Below are positions 24,498-35,500 of a stretch of 64,000 nucleotides of DNA, piece after piece. This stretch comes from Macrostomum hystrix (lineage: Eukaryota; Animalia; Platyhelminthes): contig CATNEN010000039.1 in NCBI GenBank assembly GCA_950097015.1, positions 13,950,001 to 14,014,000 on the forward strand, in the 5' to 3' direction. Within the stretch, counting starts at the first letter, position 1. Each line of letters opens with the position of its first letter. The translations under genes were made by a program, and so were the position numbers. The notes beneath the pieces are model-generated. The model searched no databases, was not told where the DNA came from, and saw only the letters and a list, made by a program, of their open reading frames with translations.

Positions 24498-27400
24498 CTT
24501 GAGCTTTTTTGACGATTTTTGAGCAGTTTTTTGCACTTTTGAGCAGGAAGGAAATGATTTTTCGGGAATTTGAGTAGCCTATTGCACTCAGCGTAGGTGG
24601 TTTTAGGTATGTGCAAAGTTTGGTGCGATTTGGTTGAGCGGTTTCGGCGTCTATAAAGACAAAAGACAGACACTGGGACGCCACCGCACTCACCGCACTC
24701 AGTCTCAGTGCTGCTTGGGGGCCAGTAGACAGTTTAGGGGTTTGGGCTGTGTACATTCACGGCTTGAAATACAATGTACAGTCTGGGGCTTCGGCGCCCG
24801 GGGAAGGGAGGGGGGTGGCTGTAATAAAATTTGGCCCACAGAGTGGCGGAGGGGAGTTGGGGTGGCTGTCCTCGGAAAACAAAAAGTGACTCACTTTGAG
24901 ATGATGCAGCTTTGCTCTGGATTGAGTAGAGATGTTCAAAATTGACAGCATTGTTGGAAAACATGTAAAGTGTAAGTGGATCAAATTTGGAGAAAATCTG
25001 ACAAAGTGGGGCGACGATATGTCGAATTGAGTGATTTTTTGACGATTTTTGAGCAGTTTTTTGCACTTTTGAGCAGGAAGGAAATGATTTTTCGGGAATT
25101 TGAGTAGCCTATTGCACTCAGCGTAGGTGGTTTTAGGTATGTGCAAAGTTTGGTGCGATTTGGTTGAGCGGTTTCGGCGTCTATAAAGACAAAAGGTTGC
25201 ACACACACAGACAGACACACACACACACAGACAGAGTTTTCACTTTTATATATATAGATGCAGATACGGCGCCCATTTCAGGCGTTTCCGTCATCAATCT
25301 CAAGCCATTCGTCATGTAAGATCGACGTTGCAGCCTGGACATCTTGTGCTGCATGTAGATTACTCAGAAAATTATGCTTCCAAGACACACACCAGCGTTC
25401 AGTCGGCTTATTACGGAGGAAATGTAGACATCGTAATCCACCAAGGCATTGCCTACCTGTCTGGCAAGGAACCGCAGGCATTCGCCTCGCTCTCGACAGA
25501 CATCAGGAAGACTTCGCCCGCTGTGGCTGCTCATCTCGACAAGGCAATAACTTTTTATGACCTCAATACTCAGGATCAAATAGTGAGACGCGTTACAATA
25601 ATTTCCGATTCACCAACAAGTCAGTACCGCAACAAGGGTACTATGTTTCTGGTAAACGACTTGTTAAGGAGGCGTGGGATCCACCACTGGCGTTGGATTT
25701 TCTCTGAAGCCGGTCATGGAAAGAGTGCCGCTGATGGTGTTGGTGCAGCATTGAAGCGGCGATGCGACGATGTTGTTGCAGCTGAAAGTGACGTTGATTC
25801 AGTGGAGACAGTTATTAAGGCGGCTAACTCGGGTGAGAAGTTGAAGATGCAACTGTTCATCGTTACATCTGCAGAGATCGACGTTTATGCCACACAGCTT
25901 GAGTCCAAAAAATATCGGACATGCCTGGCATGATGAAAACGCATGAGGTTTGCAGAGTAGGTGCTGGAATCACCTACAGGCATCTGTCCTGTTTATGTAC
26001 CACTGCTGTTGCGGATTGCAGCTGTCACGAGGCAAAAAATTGGATTCCTTTGGCAACATCCAAAAAAGCCATCGCATCGGTTGAGTTAGAGTCTTGCGCA
26101 TTCAAAGACTGTATTAAACCAACAGGAAGAAAAGTCCAATGGATTCAGTGCGATGGCTGCAATCAAAGGCTGCATTGGCAATGCGCAGGGTTTCGTATTC
26201 AAAAGGACCTGCCCGACAACTTTTACTGCGACCCTTCCTGTTGTTACAAGGTGACTACAGCAGGAATTGAAGATAATCATGAGCTCTAAAGTATTAATTA
26301 TTTTCATGTGCAATTTAATAACTAAAGTTAGGATTTTTTGTAGTAAGAGCTAAGCTAAAGTCCCCAAACACGTTCATTTTTGGTACATTCTGTTCTACAC
26401 ACAATTATTGATGGAAGTTCAGGTTTTAATTGCTCATTTAGATTCCATTTACGCACCTTCAAACTGCTATTCAAGGGAGACAAAGCCACAACATATTTTT
26501 TTTTATTCAACATTGATTCATGTCTTCGGTGACAGTCTGAAGGAGTTAATACCATATAGTTTGTGAGAACGCACCTCCAAAATCAGTACTGCATACGGCA
26601 GATAGGTGATCAGAACCGATCAATAAGTCTTACCCTAAAGGCCATCTTCATTATTAATAGACTGCTGATCAAAATTGGTTTGCGAGTACTGACACAACAG
26701 TCAGCTGTTTTTTTGACGTTGTCATTATTAAGTGAAGCCATATCGTCCGTAGTGCCAAACTGTGTGTATATTACTCCAAGTGATGTTGCATGTCCTATAG
26801 TTTTTGTTATACAGTGGTAGCTTTGATCAAAAGTTTCTTCTTTTTACTTTCTCAATTTACTAACAATGTTGTAAGAATTAATTTGGTAAGTATAGAGTGC
26901 AGTAATATGCGCTGCTTTCGATCGTTACTGGTTTAAAATTTCAGATATTTTTTATTGATAGTTTTCTAAGAATCAATGAATAATTGCTTTCTTCATAATA
27001 TTCACTTGTGTACCCAGTCGGCATCTGTTTTATATAGTCAGACATATTCATAGTTTTTTCTTTTGCTTGCTGAGAATTTTCTTAATCATTATTGATTATT
27101 CAAGCGGAAAATGTGTTTAACTGCTTGAAAATCTATTACAGAGCTCTTCAATTCACTATTTTATAAAACCTAACATATTTTAGAATAATAATATGTACAA
27201 TAAATGTGTTTGCAGTCAAGATGATGAATACGGTTTTAGAAAACCTAATTCACAAAACTATAATTTAAAAAATAAATACACCTACTGCTGATTTTTACAA
27301 TTTTCATACAGTAAAACTATTGTATTTAAGTTATAAATATCCCTAGTTATACAATAGAACATGTATAGAGAGTCTGTAATTAATGCAAAATAAACTCGTT

Positions 27401-28244
27401 CAAAATTGTCAGTGCTACGAATATATCTTTAAAATGTCAGTTACTTTAACTTTATATATATATTTTTTCTTATACAGTTGCGAGTTACAACGACAATCAT
27501 ACATACGATTGATTATATCTCAAATCATCTGGATTAATTTCAAGTTGCGCACTTTCAGATAACACGATTATCCACTTAGTCAATACTATCTTAATCTTTA
27601 TCAATAATAATGAATTGCATTACATTACAATTACGATAAAATTCATTATATTTTTTAAAATGAATTACAAGGAAATCCGAACATTATTTTGTACACAAGC
27701 TAGTGTACAAAAAATTACAAATAAGCTAGTGCTGTTTTAGATGATTTAGTAAGGTCGTGGAATTAAAAAGTTTCTTGTCAAAAAACGGTATCTTGTGTAA
27801 ACACTCACACAAAAACAAAAAAACAAAAATTCAAATGCGTATTCAAAAAAAACAAGGCACATAACTTTAAATAAGCTTTTATTTTTTTACTAAATATCGT
27901 ACCATATTTATATTATAAGTAATAGAAAAAATTTTTTTGCATCGTAAAGTAAAAACGAAACTCGTAAAAAAATAAACAAAAAAGGAAATTTATGTATATA
28001 CAGAGGGATCTACTTGTGCTTTGGTGCATATAATTGCATAGACTTTTGCTTAAAGTTTCTATTGTGCTAGAAAAAAACGATCATTTATTAGTTTTTAATA
28101 AATCCTTCAAAACATGCCTTCGGGTTTGAGATTACCCCGTCATCGCGAACGTGCAGTGCATATTTAAATGCACTCGAAGGTGATTGGCGCATGGATGAAT
28201 GAATAAAATACTACGGACTAGAGGAGAATGTAAAGTAGTTGAGT

Positions 28245-28629
28245 GTTGCCCTATGTCGAGGCTTGATCAGCGAAAGTAAAGAAATTCGCTTTAGGGACTC
28301 CATAGTCGGAAGTCGGAGATGATGCAAGCACATTCGGGTGACATGCTGATAAAGTTTGAAGGTCTGGAAAGGCCGCACTGAGGCGCAGTGCAAATTCGTG
28401 CATAGGGGTGTATGAAATACACTAGCTCTTATGGAAAAAATCGGACTTTCGGCCAGAAACATAGAATATCTCGACGGTCTGAAGAGCTGGCGACTTGTTT
28501 CTTGTTACAGAAGATGCGCATCAAAAAGTTGGCCCGTGTTCTTGAGTTTCGTGTGCTTGCAAATTGTTCCGTTCGGGTGCAGCAAAAAAATTGTCAGGGG
28601 GGATTCCCCCCTCCTTGGTAGTTCTACTG
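28245..28629. mobile_element. Same MITE family, copy 2 (one end)
   Basis: Ends CTTGGTAGTTCTACTG|TTAA; shares GACGGTCTGAAGAGCTGGCGA with the other copies. Confidence 0.7.
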
Positions 28630-29233
28630 TTAAAGAAGTATGTGAACAAAGAATAAAGCAGTTTAGTAGAGCAGCATGTTACTTCGATTAAACAAATTCA
28701 TATTAAATTTCTCTTTCTACCCCAACGGATTCGAAGTCACGTGATATGCGCATGAGCTGATTAACTATATTTTTATAGTTCCTACAGCTTTAACTGTTGA
28801 GCTATATCAGTTCTCTTGCATAAAACCGCTATCAGTTCTGTCTTGCCTTATCAAGTTCGATGTCACTATCTTTAAAAGGTCTTTAAGTCTTAGCACATAA
28901 GTTTTATTGAACAACAGTTGCGGCCAACGATAGCCGTGACCAAAGCAATTTATATGAATGCTAAACCCTAAATTGAATAAAGCAACAGCAGAAACAACTT
29001 TACCATAGCGACAGTAAGCTGAGAAGATATATAGCTAGGTGCAATAATACTTTTGAGCAATCGTTTGTCGGATTCCAAAACGACACGCCCTCTGTTTTCC
29101 GGCCTTGTTTTCGCACAGAACAGCACGTACAAGTTACTGGCACAGCTTTTTAAATTGTAACAGTATATAGTTATTTCTGATAGCTGTAGGCATGAAAAAT
29201 AGCTAGTTCTAGTCGCATGAGACTGATTTAAGA

Positions 29234-31449
29234 ATGCTGACCATTCTCTTCTTGCCCTACCTACTCCTGTCGCTAGCGGCGACTGGTCAAAGCCCGGTCG
29301 ACATACCGGAAAATTGGGTCCAGTATACACCTGGCAACTGCAATGTGGTGATTTCATCACCTCACGGTGGCTCACTAAAAGCTGCTGAGATTCCGGATAG
29401 AACCAACGGATGCCTGGCTGCTGACGGCGTCACATGTCTATGGCAGAAGGCTTGCAGTCCGGCTGAAGCTGGCGTTTGTCGGGCAGTCACTGGCGCCGAT
29501 ACCAACACTCAGCAGGTTAGCAGTTTACTACATGCAGGGTATACTGCAGGGGTCGGCAAGCTCCGGCTGTTCGGCCTCATGCGACCCAAGGATCTCCCGT
29601 ATCTCATCTCTCCCGTGTCTCATCTCTCCCGTGTCTCATCTCTCCTGTGTCTCATCTCTCCCGTGTCTAATCTCTCCCGTGTCTGATCTGTCATCTCTCC
29701 CGTGTCTCATCTCTCCCGTGTCTCATCTCTCCCGTGTCTAATCTCTCCCGTGTCTCATCTCTCCCGTGTCTAATCTCTCCCGTGTCTCATCTCTCCCGTG
29801 TCTAATCTCTCCCGTGTCTCATCTCTCCCGTGTCTCATCTCTCCCGTGTCTCATCTCTCCCGTGTCTCATCTCTCCCGTGTCTCATCTCTCCCGTGTCTC
29901 ATCTCTCCCGTGTCTGATCTCTCCCGTGTCTCATCTCTCCCGTGTCTCATCTCTCCCGTGTCTCATCTCTCCCGTGTCTCATCTCTCCCGTGTCTAATCT
30001 CTCCCGTGTCTAATCTCTCCCGTGTCTCATCTCTCCCGTGTCTCATCTCTCCCGTGTCTGATCTCTCCCGTGTCTCATCTCTCCCGTGTCTCATCTCTCC
30101 CGTGTCTAATCTCTCCCGTGTCTAATCTCTCCCGTGTCTCATCTCTCCCGTGTCTCATCTCTCCCGTGTCTGATCTCTCCCGTGTCTCATCTCTCCCGTG
30201 TCTAATCTCTCCCGTGTCTCATCTCTCCCGTGTCTCATCTCTCCCGTGTCTCATCTCTCCAGTGTTTCATCGGGTCACATCTCCTATTTGCCGACCCTTG
30301 GTACACTGTAGTGAATCGCTATAACAGCTGGAAGAGTTCTCAGAACGTAACAGATCTCGCACGAAGGGATGCCTCGCACGTTAAAAATCGATTTCCTGCA
30401 ACAATCAAAGACAAAATTATTCTGTTCTGATTTGTTATAAATTCTACCGCATGCCCAGGTTGCCAGCCTAATTGTACGCCACCTGACGGAGAAGCACAAC
30501 TGCAAGCCGCACTTCATCCGATCCAATCTGCACCGGAGCAAGCTGGACCCCAACCGACCAATCGAGGAGGCCGCCCAGGGCGACCTGAAGGCGGAGGCGG
30601 CGTGGCGCGCCTACCACGACAACTACATGGTGACCGCGGTGGAGTCGGTCAGGTCACGCTTCGGCAAAGGTCTGGTCTTCGACATTCACGGCCAGGCGCA
30701 CGCGGAGCAATGGACCGAACTGGGCTACATGTGAGCCATGCTTTGTTAAGGCCAAGTTTTTTTAGTAGTAATTATGATTTTAGACTGAGACTTTGACCTG
30801 TGACAGACTAGATTGATCTCTCACAAGCCGAAGAAAATGCATAAGATAACATTGATGAGAGACAGGGATGAGACACGGGACGAGATAAGATGTAAAGATA
30901 AGATAGGGGAGAGATAAGACACGGGAGAGATCAGACACGGGAGAGATGAGACACGGGAGAGATGAGACACGGGAGAGATGAGACACGGGAGAGATAAGAG
31001 AGGGGAGTGATGAGACAGGGGAGATGAGACAGGGACGACATGAGGCAAAGTGTATTTTCGTCCATGTTCATCCCTGCAGACTGTCCAAGTCCGAGCTGAA
31101 CGCCGGTCCACGGGACCTGAAGGCCAGCAGCATTCGGGGTTTGGCGGAGCGCACAGGCCTGACTCCAGCCGAGCTGCTCAGCGGCAGCCGCAGCCTGGGC
31201 TCCCTGATGGAATCGGCGGGCTACAAGATGGTGCCATCGCCGTCCTACCCGTCGCCTGGCAGTGGGAACTATTTCTCAGGCGGTTACATCACGCAGCGCT
31301 ACGGATCCAGAGTATCCGGCCAGGTGGACGCCATCCAGGTGGAGATCGCCAGCCAGATCCGCCTAAACCAGGTGGCTCTGGAGAAATTCGCCGTTGACCT
31401 GGCTCGCGAGATTCAGCAGTTCCGCGTGTCTTTTGGCTACGATGTCTAA
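29234..31449 (+). CDS. Secreted N-formylglutamate amidohydrolase-like protein, ~307 aa; exons 29234-29515, 30459-30730, 31080-31449
   Basis: Signal peptide; SSPHGG, LHRSKLDPNR, FDIHGQAH, ELGY, YFSGGYITQRYGS, DAIQVE motifs; phases consistent. Confidence 0.8.
29592..30262 (+). repeat. 16-bp minisatellite TCTCATCTCTCCCGTG (amidohydrolase intron 1)
   Basis: ~42 units. Confidence 0.95.
30858..31036 (-). repeat. Same 16-bp unit in inverted orientation (amidohydrolase intron 2)
   Basis: CACGGGAGAGATGAGA units. Confidence 0.9.
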
Positions 31450-32563
31450 ACCTGATAATAAATATATATTTGAGCACAACTTTGTCCTCAAATGCTAAAT
31501 AATAATGTGATCTGATAATCAGAAAGAGCGGATAGACATTGAATTTTGCCACCAAACACGCCGACGAAAATTGTTGAATATGTTTTGTGATTCTGAAAGT
31601 TGTTTCAACGGATTGAGCGGAAAATTTTAGCCCGTGTTCTTGATATTCAATTTCGATTGATTGAATATTTTGGGAAATACAGAAAAAAAAATAAAATGTG
31701 GGCATTTAAAATACCCACCGTTGTCATTCTACTGTTAAGGGATTTATTTTATAGCTCGGTGAACTGAAAGACTATGGGATTATGTGTCAATTGCTCTTCC
31801 AGAAAGCAGAAACTTGCTACTGAAAACAGTAGTATAACTGCGGAGATGTGAAGAAATAAACCAAACAGAGGAGTAATAGAATGTACAGTCAAACGATTCT
31901 CCGCATTCCTCTAGTTCAACGCAATGTACATCCGCTCTACTGATGGGACACAAGTGGTCACCATTATCTGCATAACCCTTAACGATTTTTAGGTAGCCGA
32001 ATGTTTAGACACAGGGTTTCAGGGGCAAATCCAAAACATAAATGGGAAGCTGGCTTCAGGTACACAGAAATTGTGTACAGATCTTGTGCTTCCCCGAGTG
32101 AAGAACAGTGTGCGCTAACCTTTCATGGCTACCGAGTTTGGTATTTGGCCGGCTGATCCCAAACTGCTTGATTGCTATTGGATGTACAATCCAAGCAAAT
32201 GTCCAAATATGGCAAAGCCCTCTGCAGTTTATCCGTTATCCCTTAAAAAAGGGAAAAATACGGCTAGAAAAGTAATGGGAGAAATCAAGAATATTCGGCG
32301 AACCGGGGGTTAGGCGGGCAACGAATATTGTGGCGTCAGTGCAGTGAACGTCGAACGACGTAGCATCAGGAGCGCCAATCGATTTGCAAGCCTCTGCGGT
32401 GTGCGTCCGTATGGGGCAAGACAGTTTTCCTATCCACTTCGTTACTCTCTTCCTCTTTTCCCCCTCTCATTTATACCAGCAAGGCAGCCTTCGGCCTGGG
32501 ATTTCACTGATCCCCTAGTCCGCTGGATCAAACTCTTGGCCCGACAGTTCACAATTTCGTGCT

Positions 32564-35500
32564 ATGGTAGTACTGCGAGCGGTGACCATCGTACGGGATC
32601 CATTGAATCAACAGGTGAGCGGCTGGCATGGCCTATAGTAGACCGAAGCTTCTTGGGAGTGACTTAGATTGCATAAATTCTTAAACTGCGTGTCTTTCAA
32701 GTCAAAACAAAAAGCTGAACTGTCAAGCAACCTATATTTGTTTCTAGGAATTCTACAGCAGCCGCAGCGCCCGCAGCGCCAGCTTGAGTCGCATTCATCA
32801 GCTTGATCAGGTAAGAGGCCATTAGCCTTCATAATTAACGTGTCATAATGATCTGAGTTTGCATCGCTCAACAGTTCAAATCTCTTGATCTTGAACTATT
32901 TCAGGAAGCAGAGGACATCCAGAGAGCCTCAAGACTGAAGGACCATCAACTGCTGTCTTGCGTTGACAACATTCTGGTTGGTGACGGTTCATGTTTCACG
33001 TTGTTTTGCGTATAACCCGTATGCATCGCAAAGTGTCAAAGACACAAGGTATCAAGGACACAAGATGTCAAAGACACAAGGTATCAAGGACACAAGATGT
33101 CAAAGACACAAGGTATCAAAGACACAAGATGTCAAAGACACAAGGTATCAAAGACACAAGGTGTCAAATACACAAGGTATCAAGGACACAAGATGTCAAA
33201 GACACAAGGTATCAAAGACACAAGGTATCAAAGACACAAGGTATCAAGGACACAAGATGTCAAAGACACAAGGTATCAAAGACACAAGGTGTCAAAGACA
33301 CAAGGTATCAAAGACACAAGGTATCAAGGACACAAGATGTCAAAGACACAAGGTATCAAAGACACAAGGTATCAAAGACACAAGGTATCAAAGACACAAG
33401 GTATCAAAGACACAAGGTATCAAGGACACAAGATGTCAAAGACACAAGGTATCAAAGACACAAGGTATCAAAGACACAAGGTGTCAAAGGCACAAGGTAT
33501 CAAAGACACAAATTGTCAAAGACACAAGGTGACATAGTTAAAAGCCTTATCCATTCCTGAAAACTGATGATTTCTAGAGACAGTCTCAGCCGTCATTCGT
33601 GATGTACTCCACTGGTAGCCGCGCTTCATCTTTGCCGCCGCAGCGAGCCGGCTCAGTGCCCAGGTTCGCTTCGCCCAGCCCGTACGATGCGAATACGGCA
33701 AATTTTTATTACCTGCCAACCTCGCACCTCAGAGCCTCGTCGGTTACTAGGAGCGCGGTAAGATTATATGAGCTTTTGCATCATGAAGGAAAAGCAAGTC
33801 AGATTTAAAACTAGTGACACCGCTCGATAAGAACTCAATAAGAAGTCGACAGCTCCAACAAACCAGATTAAGAGTAGTGGTTAGAAAGGGAGAGAAGAGA
33901 GCGAATTACACCAGCCAATCAGCACGAGGGAAGGAGGGGTCTGGTAAGGAAGAGAGGAGAGTGAATTACACCAGCCAATCAGCACGAGGGAAGGAAGGGT
34001 CTGGTAAGGAAGAGAGGAGAGTGAATTACACCAGCCAATCAGCACGAGGGAAGGGCCTGGTAAGGAAGAGAACGACTGGTTAGCAGCAGATAATGAATGG
34101 CTGGAACTGCTAAGACTATTTAAGGATCACTACTTACTACTCACTAACAACTAAGCTGTGCTGAAAATTGGTTGTACTCAAATTTCTTAAAATCAAAAGC
34201 TCAAATCTTGTTAAGGATACACGATCGTATTTACCATTTGTACTTGCCTTTGATGAGAAATTTTTAAAGCAAAAACTATTCGTTTATGCGAGACAAAAAT
34301 GCTTAATATTCATTATTCCATAAGCGAAAATATTATTATTAATTTCTCCTGCCACTGGCACTGACGTGGCAAAACAGTTCTGAAACGCGATCAAAGCTGG
34401 CAATGCTATAGAAAAGCAGTTTGTCCACTGGCCGAGGCCACAGCTGACGAAATCTAATCCTACACGTAGGCAAAACCCCCTCCCCAGGAGGTCCTCAGTC
34501 TTGTCGTCTCGATCCTTCGCACAGCGCACTCAAATAATCCCTAAGAAAGTCATTCTTCCCAACAACACCCCCTGCCCAAGCCAGAAACCCTGAGAGCCTT
34601 AGACATTCGCATCTGTGAGCGAGGCCTGGGAGGTTACCTTTCCACAGCAGAGTCCAATCTAACCGACCAACCAGGTCGCTCCAACACAGCCGCCACGTGT
34701 CCGCTTGCTTTGTTAAATCAGGCAGTAGAAATAGCGCCAGATTAACGGAAGCTCTGCCTGCAGAACTCCTACACAAAAGGTGGACAAAGCGATCGACTTG
34801 GTAGAGTTGGTTGAGAAATATGGCAATGAAGAATCTGCTGTCACTGCTGGCGATGATGCTGATTGTCCTTGAAACTGGCAGCAGCGAGAAGCCGCCACTG
34901 TTTGAGAAGGATCACGCCATGGAGACGGTGTTTCCTCCGGTCATTTGGAAGCACCCCGAGCTACCTGCCGGCCACCTACGTTCGCTAGGCTACCAGCGAC
35001 ACTCCGACGGACCAATCAAGGTGGTGAATCGATCGCCAAGTCCCGTCGAGTTCTACGCCGAGTACGTCCTGCGTTCCAAGCCGCTTGTGATTCGCGACGC
35101 CATCGACAAGTCGTCGCCAATGATGGACCGGTGGACTGACGAATATCTAAAGAGAAATTTCGGCTCGCACAAGGTGACCGTCACCCACAAGAAGGAGATC
35201 ATCAAAGGCCAGGTAGAGGTCATGACCCTGGAGAAATTCCTGGAGCGCTACAAGTTCGAGGATCTGTACATGGCCTCGCTGATCCCGGCGGAGATGGAGT
35301 CCGGTTTCTCTGTTCCCCACGTGGCCCAGTGCGGCCCGGTCAGCCGTGAGATGACGGAGGCCGAGATGTGGATGTCCTCGGGTGGCACGGGCAGTCTGCT
35401 GCATTACCACAGCGAGCACCAGTTGCACTGCATGGCGGACGGTCGCAAGGATTTCATCCTGATCGAGAATCGCTACAAGGACAATATGAAATGCGTCGAG

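Larger units (their letters stand above)
23174..25258 (-). mobile_element. Non-autonomous Helitron carrying a PIF1 helicase C-terminal fragment
   Basis: Minus-strand 5' TCTATATATATAAAAG at 25258; 3' GCCC..GGGC hairpin plus CTAG at 23174-23177; inserted between A and T; removal restores the transposase frame (GAC CTA|TGC AGA TAC). Confidence 0.9.
21996..26289 (+). pseudogene. Decayed Sola2-type DDD transposase with C-terminal PHD finger, interrupted by a Helitron (23174-25258)
   Basis: Motifs HVDYSENY, SDSPTSQYRN, WIFSEAGHGKSAADGVG, CICQQC; in-frame stop at 22431 and frameshifts near 22970 and 25920; PHD C..C...WIQCDGC...H..C...FYCDPSC. Confidence 0.75.

Noticed and set aside
20958-28138. Termini of the Sola2 element (GGGTCAC... 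/ ...GATTACCCC)
   Set aside because: No extended inverted repeat or matching TSD could be confirmed by eye; boundaries left undefined
32608-32871. Minus-strand Cys-rich ORF
   Set aside because: Better explained as antisense to + strand exons with canonical splice sites
32963-33560. Basic SKTQGIKDTR repeat ORFs
   Set aside because: 16-bp array within a predicted intron
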